Shown here: one piece after another, positions 9,167-18,810 of the stretch | Position numbering within the stretch: the first letter of the stretch is position 1 | Layout of the letters: every line of letters starts with the position of its first letter | Assembly: GCA_030528765.1 (NCBI GenBank) | Contig: JAUMYD010000002.1 | Coordinates: forward strand, 1-31,874 | DNA from: Bacillota bacterium | GTDB lineage: Bacteria > Bacillota > Dehalobacteriia > UBA4068 | Direction of reading: 5' to 3' | Length of the DNA: 31,874 nt | Translations under genes and position numbers: made by a program | Notes under the pieces: generated by a model | The model's database searches: none | The model's input: only the letters and a program-made list of their open reading frames with translations | Told to the model about the DNA's origin: nothing

Positions 9167-10789
9167 CTAATAATAGCGGATCGAAAGCATGGTCATATCA
9201 TCGAAGGGCTCTGCTGTCCCCACGAAATCCTTCACCGCTGCGGAAACATTGTGCAGCAGCTCCTCAGAGCTGACATCCGGCTGCCGATTCAGGGCATCCA
9301 GGATCCGCTGGATGGTAAACATTTCTTCCTGTCGGTCAGAGGCTTCGGGAAGCCCATCCGTATACAAAAAGAGAGAGCTGCCCTTTTCCAGCGTGAAGCT
9401 GTATTCGAAGCATTTCACCTCCGGCAGGGGGCCAAGAACAAAGCCGTGCTGATCCCGGAGGATCTCAAATTCCCCATTGGGCTTGCGGATGATGGGCCAT
9501 TCATGACCGGCATTCACAGCCCGCACCTGCCCGGTTTTGATGTTCAGGATACCAAACCAGACGGTGACGAACATATCGTCCTCATTGTTCTTGTTAAGGA
9601 GCACGTTCGTATCTTCCAGGAGCTGCTCCAGGGAGCCCCCCTGCTGCTGCGCCCGGCTGTTCAGCAGGATCATGGAGCGCATCATGAAGAGGGCTGCAGG
9701 GACACCCTTGCCGGAGACATCGGCAATAATCAGGCACAGCTGCTCTTCATCAATGAAGAAATAATCGTAGAAATCCCCGCCTACCTCCTTGGCAGGGGTC
9801 ATGCTGGCGTAGATATCCAGCTCCGGATGTTCCGGGAAGGGCGGGAATACCTTCGGCAGCATATTGGCCTGAATGCTTGCCGCCAGGGAAAGCTCTGTTG
9901 CCAGCCGCTCCCGCTCTGCCGTAGCCTGGGTCAGGTTTTCCATATATTTAAGAATATCCTTCTCCATCTTTGCCACGGAAGAGCCCAGCTCCGAGATCTC
10001 CCGGATCTTACTGAGCTTCATCAGGCTCGTCCCGCTGTAGCCCCGGTTCTCTTTGGCAAAGCGCTTTGCCTCCTTGATGATCTTCCGGACGGGCAGCACG
10101 AATTCATGCTTCAGATAAAACGCCACCAGCAAAGCAGAAAGGATCGCCATGGAGATCGTGGCATAGGCGACGCTGTTCAGATAGGTTTCCCGGCCGGATT
10201 TCAGGCCGGACATGGGCCGCTCCACGCAGAGGATGGCCGTGACCTCCTCCTGGGAGTTTTTAATGGGGATCAGGGAGGTGATGTGGGGCTCCCGGCCGTT
10301 CAGGCCGCTGGTCCGCACCACAGTTCCCTGCTCCAGGCCGTTTTCATAAATATTCTGATAGATCTGGCGGTATTCCTCATTGGTGGTATCCCGAAGATAG
10401 CCGACCTCCCAGGGGCTATAGCCGCTGGCATCGTTCACCGTATTGAAAACCGAAAGGAAGCGGCCGTAATCAGAGGTATCCACAGCGATCACATAAATCA
10501 GCGTGGCCTGCTGCTTCTGGCAAAGCACATCCATACGCTGCCAGCGGCTCCTGTAATCCGGATCCCGCATGCCCTTTTCCAGGTAATGATCGATCTTATC
10601 CCCATCCACCAGGGTAGCAGCCGTTTCCGCAGTGCGGAAGGCCGCATCATTGTATTCACTGGTCAAGGTATCCGTGAAACCGATATAGCCGATCACACTG
10701 ATCGTCAAATTGAAGGTACAGAGCAGGATCAGGATGCCGCAAATCATCCGGAAAGCCAGGCCGGAGGTGAATTTATGGTTTTTCGCCAT
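9167..10789 (-). CDS. Membrane sensor with HAMP and PP2C/SpoIIE (RsbU-like) Ser/Thr phosphatase domain
   Basis: Two TM segments flanking an external domain; GGDFYD, IIADVSGKGVPAALFM, LYTDGLPEA, DDMTML; start placed at ATG 10789 (MAKNHK). Confidence 0.92.
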   Translation of the reverse strand: MAKNHKFTSGLAFRMICGILILLCTFNLTISVIGYIGFTDTLTSEYNDAAFRTAETAATLVDGDKIDHYLEKGMRDPDYRSRWQRMDVLCQKQQATLIYVIAVDTSDYGRFLSVFNTVNDASGYSPWEVGYLRDTTNEEYRQIYQNIYENGLEQGTVVRTSGLNGREPHITSLIPIKNSQEEVTAILCVERPMSGLKSGRETYLNSVAYATISMAILSALLVAFYLKHEFVLPVRKIIKEAKRFAKENRGYSGTSLMKLSKIREISELGSSVAKMEKDILKYMENLTQATAERERLATELSLAASIQANMLPKVFPPFPEHPELDIYASMTPAKEVGGDFYDYFFIDEEQLCLIIADVSGKGVPAALFMMRSMILLNSRAQQQGGSLEQLLEDTNVLLNKNNEDDMFVTVWFGILNIKTGQVRAVNAGHEWPIIRKPNGEFEILRDQHGFVLGPLPEVKCFEYSFTLEKGSSLFLYTDGLPEASDRQEEMFTIQRILDALNRQPDVSSEELLHNVSAAVKDFVGTAEPFDDMTMLSIRYY

Positions 10790-11121
10790 ATCTCTATCTT
10801 CCTTTCCATGACACAGCAGCCACACAGCCGGCCCCCCACACAGGGAAAGGAGACGGGGGAACAGGTGGCAGAGCCTGGGTATTCCGGCTGCTTTTGCGGC
10901 AGCAGCCCCGACAAGCTCCACCGGACAGCTGCCCATGCTTCCGGCTTCTTTTCTGTGGCCTCAATGAGAACAGACTCTTTTTTCCAAAAATGTTCCGGGA
11001 AAAACAAATTTTCGCTTCGGACAACATTTTTTATTTTATCATAGATCCTCCGCGAAAGATATAGCTTTACGAATAAAAAAACAGAAAAACCGGGCCTGCG
11101 GCGGCGCAGCCAACACAAAAA

Positions 11122-11178
11122 TTTTTTCTTTTTTTCTGAAACCAAACAAGCGTTTTTATGCTATTATTTGTTAGAGAG
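11122..11178 (+). promoter_or_regulatory. Promoter-like motif, copy A (upstream of kinase gene)
   Basis: T6-C-T7-CTGAAACC...ATGCTATTATTTGTTAGAGAG; extended -10 TGnTATTAT; near-copy at 13866-13921. Confidence 0.55.
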
Positions 11179-11237
11179 AGTTCCTTGAGAAAACACTCGA
11201 TTTACCAAAAATCAGCAGCACGAGGAGGATGACAAAA

Positions 11238-13700
11238 ATGGGGAATACGAGATTTGAAATGATACAATTCGCGCAGGAATCTTTGAAGGCCCTTTCCAAT
11301 TGGCAAAAAGAATATGAAGGTGAAGACAAGCAGCAGCAGTTCCAAAAATACACGGAATACATGACGGCTGTAGCTGATCTTTTCTCTGATATCGATACCT
11401 ATTTCAAAGCGGATCAAAACGGCATTTACCCCCGGATGGATGAAAAAAAGGTGCAGGCACTGCGTGATAAATATATGGAGATCAACAAGCGCACCGGTGA
11501 GCTTATTGAGGAGATCGAAGCAGGCAATCTTTTCGCAGACAGCGAAAACGGGACGAAGATCAATGATTTGGCTCTGGACTTTTTAGGCCTGCTCCGCCGT
11601 GATTACCGCATTCTTTCCAGCACTCTGCAGGTGGAAAATAAATCTCTGGCTGAGATTTTGGCCCATGAGCGCAGCTATGAGCTGGATGTAAACGACCAGG
11701 AGCTTTCTGTAGGCGGTGCCCGCCAAAGCGAACGCATCCCCGTCAGCTATACGGATCAAAACGGAGACCTGCACCAAGGCTTCTTCACTCCCGCCCAGGA
11801 AGACGCCCTCAAGGGCGCGAAAAAAATTGATGCACTCTGGGAGAAAACACTGAAGGAATATCCGGAGTATGCAGATGTATTCAACGCTTTCAGAGGGCAG
11901 CAAGCGCTCCTTTACATCTTCCTCCCGGATAACGAAGCCAAGCTGAACAAAGCTCTCAGCGACAAAGATACAGCCAAGGAAATGCTGAAAGAGATCCTTA
12001 CCAAAAAATACGAGGGGCAGGAAGAAGAGCTGAATCCCCTTCTGGCAAAACTGGAGAATAACCCGGATCTTGTCCCCGCATTATTCGGCTTTGCAAAAGA
12101 ATATTCCAACATCATCAATCAGAACAATGTTCAGCAGTACGGCGTGCAAGCGGATACGAAGAGCACCTGCAGCGATGCGCTCCGCAATGCAGCAATGACC
12201 AGCATGGCGGATTATCTGGGCCTGCAGAACCTGATCTCCCGCTCCGTCCCGATGAAGCTGCTGCACAATGGCAAAGAGATCTCCGGCGTTTTCATGGAAA
12301 AGGCCGTTGGTGAAGATCTGAGCCAGGTCTCCTCGGCGGATAACCTGTTTGAAGCAGGGGAAGCCGAGCTGGATAACCCTGCCGCCTTCAAGAGCATTGC
12401 TGATCTGCAGATCCTGGACCTGATCTGCGGCAATGTGGACCGCCACCCCGGCAACATGTTCTATCAGTTCAATGAAGAAGGCAAACTCATCGGCGTTCAG
12501 GGTATTGATAATGACTGCTCCTTCGGGAAAGTCCCGATCAGCGAGAACCATGGACAAATGCAGTTTCTGGGGACCAAGGACATTCTGGTCATCAGCGAAA
12601 GCATGGCAAAAAAAGTTCTGCAGCTGAACGAGGACAATCTGGATTCCGTTCTGGATGCTTTCCCCTTTTCCGACGATGAGATGAATGCTGCCATGGGCCG
12701 CATCGAAAAATTGCAGGCGGCCATCAAGGAAGGGCAGGAATATTACAACCAGAACCCCGAAGCAAAGCTCACCCAGGGCAAGCTGAAGATCGTCAAGGAC
12801 GATGAATGGCAGAACTATAAGCTGGAAGATCTGGCCAGCCAGAAAACAGAAGAATATACCAGCACGAACTACTTCACTACGATCAAGAATCTGCCGAATT
12901 CAGTTTCTGCGAACATCAACAAACAAAGAACACGGAAGGAGCAGAAAGAAAAATTCCCGGAACTCTTCCCCAAAAAGAGCACAAAAGAAGCAAAGGGCGA
13001 GCTCCTGGAAGAACTGAACGCTCCCGGCATCAAGAATACCGAAAGAAAGCTGAACACTCTGGAAAAACAGATGGAGGAGGCAAACAAAGGTTTCTTCATC
13101 GGCTCCAAGGAATTTGATAACATGATGGCAGCTTTCCGCAGCACCAAGGCGCTTTCCAAAGAAAACAACCCCGAGATGACCACCGGGAAGATCGAATCCC
13201 TGCAGAAATCGTATCAGGATATGCTGGGCCAGATCGATAAATACCTCAAAAAGAAAGAAAAAGAAGAATCTGAGCTGACAGCAAAAGGCAAAACGCCTTC
13301 CGATGTTATGAAAAAGCGCATGAAATTTGCTTCCGGCCTGAAGGAATTCGTGGGAGAACGTCTCTCCGGCCTGGATATCACCATGGATCAGATCAACCAG
13401 GAAAAAATCGCCATTGCCGAAAAGGTCGTTCTGCGTACCTTTGAAAATGAGAATATTGAACCTACGTTCGGGGCATCGAGAACAGCTTATCTTGAGCTGG
13501 CAAATGCTCCCATATTCAAGAGCTACATTTCCGGGATGAGCCGGCAGGAGCTGAAGGATACGGCTGCCAAGGATAAAGGCGCAATCAATACCGAGTTGCT
13601 CACGCACCTGAATAACGAGAAGCACAATGAGCCTTTGATACGCATCAAGAACGAACCGAAAAAGCAGCAGGATCTCTCAAAAAACATTGCGAGCATCTAA
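11238..13700 (+). CDS. Large protein (820 aa) with an atypical kinase-like (PI3K/PI4K-II/HipA superfamily) catalytic domain
   Basis: GGAGG SD fits ATG 11238; RNAAMTSMADYLG, GVFMEKAVG, LDLICGNVDRHPGN (catalytic loop), GIDNDCSFG (metal-binding loop); charged helical flanks; no signal peptide or TM seen. Confidence 0.7.
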   Translation: MGNTRFEMIQFAQESLKALSNWQKEYEGEDKQQQFQKYTEYMTAVADLFSDIDTYFKADQNGIYPRMDEKKVQALRDKYMEINKRTGELIEEIEAGNLFADSENGTKINDLALDFLGLLRRDYRILSSTLQVENKSLAEILAHERSYELDVNDQELSVGGARQSERIPVSYTDQNGDLHQGFFTPAQEDALKGAKKIDALWEKTLKEYPEYADVFNAFRGQQALLYIFLPDNEAKLNKALSDKDTAKEMLKEILTKKYEGQEEELNPLLAKLENNPDLVPALFGFAKEYSNIINQNNVQQYGVQADTKSTCSDALRNAAMTSMADYLGLQNLISRSVPMKLLHNGKEISGVFMEKAVGEDLSQVSSADNLFEAGEAELDNPAAFKSIADLQILDLICGNVDRHPGNMFYQFNEEGKLIGVQGIDNDCSFGKVPISENHGQMQFLGTKDILVISESMAKKVLQLNEDNLDSVLDAFPFSDDEMNAAMGRIEKLQAAIKEGQEYYNQNPEAKLTQGKLKIVKDDEWQNYKLEDLASQKTEEYTSTNYFTTIKNLPNSVSANINKQRTRKEQKEKFPELFPKKSTKEAKGELLEELNAPGIKNTERKLNTLEKQMEEANKGFFIGSKEFDNMMAAFRSTKALSKENNPEMTTGKIESLQKSYQDMLGQIDKYLKKKEKEESELTAKGKTPSDVMKKRMKFASGLKEFVGERLSGLDITMDQINQEKIAIAEKVVLRTFENENIEPTFGASRTAYLELANAPIFKSYISGMSRQELKDTAAKDKGAINTELLTHLNNEKHNEPLIRIKNEPKKQQDLSKNIASI

Positions 13701-13738
13701 GCCCCGGTCTCAGGCTTTCAAAACCTAAACATCAGCAA

Positions 13739-13778
13739 AAAAGCAGGGCATCTCCCGCAAGGGTTTTGCCCTGCTTTT
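13739..13778 (+). terminator. Intrinsic terminator after kinase gene
   Basis: AAAAGCAGGGCA...TGCCCTGCTTTT 12-bp stem with an inner CCC-GCAA-GGG. Confidence 0.7.
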
Positions 13779-13865
13779 CTAAATAAAGCCCGCTATAAAG
13801 CTCGCTGCTTCCGCAAGGAGCGCAAAGCTGCCGGCAGGCTCTTCGGCCCGGGGCAAAGAATCCCG

Positions 13866-13921
13866 TTTTTTTCTTTTTTTGAAACCATATACCCTTTTTT
13901 GTGCTATTATTTATTAGAGAG
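13866..13921 (+). promoter_or_regulatory. Promoter-like motif, copy B
   Basis: T7-C-T7-GAAACC...GTGCTATTATTTATTAGAGAG; same 25-nt offset from TGAAACC to TATTAT as in copy A. Confidence 0.55.
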
Positions 13922-14395
13922 GCTTTGCTGCAAGGCTCCTGATCTGCCAAGGAAAACGCAAGATCCGGGAAGAAACGCAGAAAAAGGGGAGGGCTGCCAC
14001 GAGCTTTGCAATGCTGCTGGTGCAGGCTTCCTTCAGGAGCAATGGCAGTGAGAAAAGATACGCCCAAGCGCAGATAAAGGAGCAGGGTCGGTGCGCTCCC
14101 GGCCTGTGCGATGAAGGCAGCAGCTCGCTTTTCTGCTGCCCATCTCTATTGCAAAGCCAATACTTCCCGCCCGGGCGAAAAGGCGGGACAAAGCGCCGAA
14201 AGCCCGCGCCCCGGACGAAGCCCCGGCACACTGCGGAGGAACACTGCCGCCGGGGCCGGCTTCCGCAAAAAAGATCCGCTTTTTGCGTTCTGCTTTTCTG
14301 CTTCAGCCCTTAAAAACAGCCGGAAAAGCAGAGTGTTTTCTGCAAAGGCTTTCATTTTGCTTTTTCTGCGGAAAACAGTCCTGTTTTCTGCAAAA

Positions 14396-14445
14396 TTTTT
14401 TCTTTTTTTTGCTGCGATTCCTGTAAAACTCTGGTACTATTATTT
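14396..14445 (+). promoter_or_regulatory. Promoter-like motif, copy C (upstream of P1)
   Basis: T6-C-T8...GTACTATTATTT. Confidence 0.4.
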
Positions 14446-14563
14446 ATATGGCCTGTTCCCATATCCCCTAAACTTCCTTCTGCTTTCCGGAAAACTTCTG
14501 CACAGTTCCTCCGGAGGCAGCAAAAAATCAGGAAAGGGAAACCTGCTGAAAAGGAGCGAAAAA

Positions 14564-16387
14564 ATGGTCGATTTTCACAAAGAGGATCTGTTATTCTCAG
14601 AAACATATATGACTGCCCAAGATAGCAGCCTGCACAACCAGGACAGCAAAACAATCCCCCTGAACGACCCCAGCGATGAAACGGAGGTCTACCTGCATAA
14701 AACTGCCACAAGGATCCTGGATATCAATTGCCAGCTGCTGGATCTGCTGGATACCTTCCAGAATATCATTGACAGCAAGGCAAAGAAATCCCCCTATCCG
14801 TCCCTGCAAAAAGTAGATTCGCTGAAAGGGAATATTTGGCATCTTTCCGATGGTGTGCTGCAAAAAGTGCGAGGCAACGGAGCAGACCCGAAAATCCTGA
14901 TGCAGAATATGTGCATCGGCCAAAGCTTTGTTCTGCCCCGCCCACTCTACAACAAAAATAGGGAGATCTGCGATTTTGATCACGAAGATCCGCTGGTCCT
15001 GAACGCCACTGTGTACCGGAACAAGATATACTTCCATGCTTATGACAAAGAAGAAGCCCTGCGGAAGAAGGATATCCCCGCCCCAAAGGATCTGGAAGAG
15101 CGGCGTTGGTACGACTATATTCTGGATTTCTTCTCCAAATTCTTCGGTGCCCGCCGGGAGATCTGTGCGCTTTGGGATGAGGTGGAAAGCTCCTCTCTGC
15201 TGCGGGGGGAAGAAAGCCTGGATCGGATCAGCAAAACCATGAAAGAAGCCACTGCGGCCGGGATCCTGAAACATTCCCAGACTCTGCAGATGATGAGCGA
15301 TAATGACTATATAAGCGATCTGAACAGCGAGCTGAATGATATACTGAACCGCTCAAATTTAACCGGGCGTTCCTTCCGCACAGCCTATAGCTCCAGCAAA
15401 AGCCTGGATCTGGATGAGCTGGAAGAAATGCAGCTTCAGGATGAGCAGCAGGAAGATCCCGTTCCGGAACGGCCCGAAGAGCTGAAAAACTGGTTCCGCA
15501 CCCGCTACAACGAGACATCTTCCATCCAGCCCACCCTGATCCCGCAAAAGACCAGGAGCAAACGGGCCATCATGGATGATGTGATGCATAATAAAGGGAT
15601 CTCGCTCACTAACAAAACCCCGGATCCCGAGCTGATCAGCCCCTATGATCATGGCATCGGGCAGAGCTCTTTTTCTGCCGCCTACCACGGGATGCTGGTT
15701 TTTGGTCTGGCGAAAAAGCATAAAATCAGACAGGAGGCCCTTCGGGAATTCTTCCTCACTGACAGCACAAGCATGCCGAAGGAATTCACAAAAGACTACA
15801 TCTTCTGCCTGAACAATCCAACAGCAAAGAGCACCTGCCAGATCATCGTGGGCGGAGCCCAGCATATGGAAGCCTGCCTGCTGCAGCAGGAGGATCTGCA
15901 AAATGCCTGGAGCCTGCAGATGAACGCCATGCTGAAGCGCTTCGATACCGTGCTGAACAAAAAGGGTCTGGCAAACCGGATGACCAATGGAAAACATCTG
16001 AAATACACACCCAGCCCGGAATATAAGCTTTTGCAGCAGCTTTATTCAGCCATAAATACCGCGGATTGCAACTTGCTTCTGGAAAGCAAATCCGTCACCA
16101 CCAAGGATATGACCAAAAACATTACCGGCCAGGTCGCCCAGGCCTTTCTGCGGCAGGTAAACCATCAGCCCCCGCAGAACCGCCGCAACTTCCTGCTGAG
16201 CAATATGAAAAAGCCCACCGAGCTCCAGGGCGAGCTGAAGACATTCATCGAAGAAAACGAAAGCAGCTTCCTGAAAAACCCAAAGGCCGCCATGCATGGC
16301 GGGATCATGCAAGCCTTCCAGAGCAGGCCCCAAAGAACGAATTCCTTTCTTGCGAAGCCCAGTAACGGCATAGGTTTCAATAAATAA
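14564..16387 (+). CDS. Array paralog P1 (607 aa), unknown family, most divergent member
   Basis: Start re-placed to ATG 14564 behind AAGGAG; PLVLNA, WYDYILDFFSKFFGARREIC, AWSLQM, GQVAQAFLR; lacks the KxVxF tail. Confidence 0.85.
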   Translation: MVDFHKEDLLFSETYMTAQDSSLHNQDSKTIPLNDPSDETEVYLHKTATRILDINCQLLDLLDTFQNIIDSKAKKSPYPSLQKVDSLKGNIWHLSDGVLQKVRGNGADPKILMQNMCIGQSFVLPRPLYNKNREICDFDHEDPLVLNATVYRNKIYFHAYDKEEALRKKDIPAPKDLEERRWYDYILDFFSKFFGARREICALWDEVESSSLLRGEESLDRISKTMKEATAAGILKHSQTLQMMSDNDYISDLNSELNDILNRSNLTGRSFRTAYSSSKSLDLDELEEMQLQDEQQEDPVPERPEELKNWFRTRYNETSSIQPTLIPQKTRSKRAIMDDVMHNKGISLTNKTPDPELISPYDHGIGQSSFSAAYHGMLVFGLAKKHKIRQEALREFFLTDSTSMPKEFTKDYIFCLNNPTAKSTCQIIVGGAQHMEACLLQQEDLQNAWSLQMNAMLKRFDTVLNKKGLANRMTNGKHLKYTPSPEYKLLQQLYSAINTADCNLLLESKSVTTKDMTKNITGQVAQAFLRQVNHQPPQNRRNFLLSNMKKPTELQGELKTFIEENESSFLKNPKAAMHGGIMQAFQSRPQRTNSFLAKPSNGIGFNK

Positions 16388-16536
16388 GCAGCTCTATTTC
16401 CCCTGCTCTCAAAGCCTTTCTGCCCCACCCCGTTTATAAAGCTTTTCCGGAAAGCCGGAAAAGGCAGGCGAAAGGCTCCGGGCCGGGGCTTAATGAAAAA
16501 GATATACAAATAACTCTCTCCAAAGGAGTGATAAAA

Positions 16537-18714
16537 ATGACTGACCGCATCAATGAAGGTCTGCTCCAGGACCTCAATGCGGAAGAACACCAGAATAATG
16601 CCCCCTTGGCGGAAGAAAGACAGCCTTTCGAAGAATACCTGGCCAGTGTTTCCTTAGCCAAAATGCCGCTCCCGGAAGGAGAAAACCTTCCGGAGGATAA
16701 TCGGGAAAGCTTCGCTTTCTTCCTCAGCGGTATCGTACAGGCAAAGGGGGCAGTGATCCCCAAAAACAGCAATATCATACAGGAAGAGGGGGAAGAGGCC
16801 TCCCAAAGCAGCAATATCATTCAGGAAGAGGGGGAAGAGGCCTCCCAAAGCAGCAATAGCATATCGGCACTGCCCTCCCTGAGGATCCTTTCTCACGGGG
16901 ATAGTACCCTGAACAATCAGTTCTGGGTGATCGAGAGCGGTATGCTCCACAGAATGAAAGCGGAAGATGCCTCCGTCGAAAGCATCTTTGCGGCCCTGAA
17001 CGAGGGAAAAACGCTGGTGCTGCCCCAACCCTGCTTTTCCGAGGAAGACCATGAATTCCTGGGCTATGACTATAATAATCCCCTGGTGCTGAACGCCAGC
17101 AAATTCAATGGCAGCCTTTATTTTCATCTTTGTGATGCGAAAGATGCCTATGCTCTTGGGCAGCAAGAGATACCGCAGTATCCCAATCTGCACTGGTATG
17201 ACCATGTTTTGGATTTCTTTGCCAAGTTCTTCGGCTGCCGACGCGAGATCTGTGAAGAATGGGACAAGTTCCAGGAACAAAGCACGATGCGCAGCAAAGA
17301 TACGATCGATTTATTCAAACAGGCTTTTCAGGTAGGGCGCACCTTTCCCAATTTTGAAACGAACATGGGGGTCATTCCCTATGCTTCCAAGCTGCGGCTG
17401 AATATGTTTGTCGATATCATGACTACGCAAGAACAAAAAAGAGCTCTGGGCCCGACTCAGGAGAAGCCGACAGTCAAAAGGCGTGATGACTCTATTTCTG
17501 AGCAGCTCCCCGATGAGAAACCCCTGAATATCCCCGAAGACAAAGAAGAGCAGCGCGAATGGTTCAAAAGCCAATACGAGCAAAAGAAGAAGGAAGAGCA
17601 GAAGGAGGAGGCAGCTGAATTTAAAAACCCGGGCAAAGCCTACCTGCAGCTGCTCAGCAGCAAGAAAAAAGAAGAGCAAAAGCAGCTAAATGCCAAGATC
17701 CATAACAATTTCCTCAACAAAACACAGAAGCACTACTTCCAGAGGGAGTTCCTTTCTTCCCACGGCGGGGAGATCAGCCTTTCTGCAGCCTATTTCACTG
17801 CCCTGGCCTTTGGTGTAGCAGAATCTCTCAAGCTTGAGAACGCAGATAACGAGATTCATGCCTTCCTTCTGGGAGAACCGCATAATCTTCCCGACAATTT
17901 CCAGCAACTCTTCGAAAATGTCCAGAGTAATCCCCAGAACACGGTCTCAAAAAAGATTCTCGCCAAAGGTATCCTCCGTATGTGGGAGGGCGTGATAAAA
18001 CAGGAGGATATGTTGAGCCCCTGGAGTCTGCAGCTTGCAGGCATGGCCACACGCCTGAAAGCTGCCCTTACGAAAAGAAGAACAAACCCGGATCAGCATC
18101 TGGTGGGGCTGCAGGTCCAACTGAAGCCCAACAACACCACGCGTGAGCTGGAAGAAATCTATTCCGGGATCAATAATGCAGAAAGGTGTGCCCTGCCGAA
18201 GGATCTCGGGAAAAACAAAGAAATCAGCCAAGAAGAAGCTGAGAGCGCGTACTCTATTTTAGAGGGACAGGTAAATTATGCCTTCCTCTGCCGCCTGAAC
18301 AAGGTGCCGCAAAACGAACGCATCCAGTTCATAGCAAATAACAATAACGCCTATACTGCCTTGAAAATAGAGATGAGCTCAGATGTGATAAATAAGCTCT
18401 CCGGGTATGATGATCCTGCCCAGGCTCTGCTGAACGGCAATGCTATCTATGATTACCAGAAAAACCGCATACCCGAAAATGAGCTAGATACGAAAGACAT
18501 TTCAAACGAGGACCTCATTGATATAAGCAAACGCGCCATTCAAACTGCGCAAAACAAAAAAGCACCTGAAAAGAAAAAGAAAAATGTCGGCTTTAAAGAT
18601 GATCTTGAAGAGGTCATAGAAGTAAAGTCTTTCAAAAAGGAAAACAAAGCGAACACCCAATCCAAGCAGAACTCAATCGATCTATCTATAAATGATTATC
18701 TTATTCAGATATAG
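16537..18714 (+). CDS. Array paralog P2 (725 aa)
   Basis: AAGGAG SD, MTD start; WYDHVLDFFAKFFGCRREIC, ISLSAA, SPWSLQL, GQVNYAFL, tail KKKKNVGF...SFKK. Confidence 0.88.
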   Translation: MTDRINEGLLQDLNAEEHQNNAPLAEERQPFEEYLASVSLAKMPLPEGENLPEDNRESFAFFLSGIVQAKGAVIPKNSNIIQEEGEEASQSSNIIQEEGEEASQSSNSISALPSLRILSHGDSTLNNQFWVIESGMLHRMKAEDASVESIFAALNEGKTLVLPQPCFSEEDHEFLGYDYNNPLVLNASKFNGSLYFHLCDAKDAYALGQQEIPQYPNLHWYDHVLDFFAKFFGCRREICEEWDKFQEQSTMRSKDTIDLFKQAFQVGRTFPNFETNMGVIPYASKLRLNMFVDIMTTQEQKRALGPTQEKPTVKRRDDSISEQLPDEKPLNIPEDKEEQREWFKSQYEQKKKEEQKEEAAEFKNPGKAYLQLLSSKKKEEQKQLNAKIHNNFLNKTQKHYFQREFLSSHGGEISLSAAYFTALAFGVAESLKLENADNEIHAFLLGEPHNLPDNFQQLFENVQSNPQNTVSKKILAKGILRMWEGVIKQEDMLSPWSLQLAGMATRLKAALTKRRTNPDQHLVGLQVQLKPNNTTRELEEIYSGINNAERCALPKDLGKNKEISQEEAESAYSILEGQVNYAFLCRLNKVPQNERIQFIANNNNAYTALKIEMSSDVINKLSGYDDPAQALLNGNAIYDYQKNRIPENELDTKDISNEDLIDISKRAIQTAQNKKAPEKKKKNVGFKDDLEEVIEVKSFKKENKANTQSKQNSIDLSINDYLIQI
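16768..16858 (+). repeat. 42-bp in-frame tandem repeat (2 units + partial) in P2
   Basis: Encodes SNIIQEEGEEASQS twice; one synonymous mismatch (ATA/ATT). Confidence 0.95.
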
Positions 18715-18770
18715 ATCCTGTTCGCGACAAAAAAGCACTGATGCACCGCCCCACGAATAAATCAGGATCC

Positions 18771-18810
18771 AAGCTTTAGCGGCAGCAGCTCGCTCCTGCC
18801 GCTAAAGCTT
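18771..18810. other. Strong intergenic hairpin between P2 and P3
   Basis: 15-bp perfect stem AAGCTTTAGCGGCAG / CTGCCGCTAAAGCTT, no T-tail. Confidence 0.8.

Noticed and set aside
9251-11044. Long antisense or alternative-frame ORFs (9251..11044, 25828..27198, 30729..31775 and similar)
   Set aside because: They overlap well-supported genes on the opposite strand and show no independent motifs or SD sites.
14111-14563. 151-aa N-terminal extension of P1 given by the ORF track
   Set aside because: Low-complexity translation of promoter-like DNA; the SD and homology to the paralogs' MTD starts point to ATG 14564.
15256-17980. SILK-type PP1 motifs (GILK in P1, GILR in P2)
   Set aside because: Not conserved across paralogs, far from the RVxF tail, and P1 lacks RVxF; probably chance.
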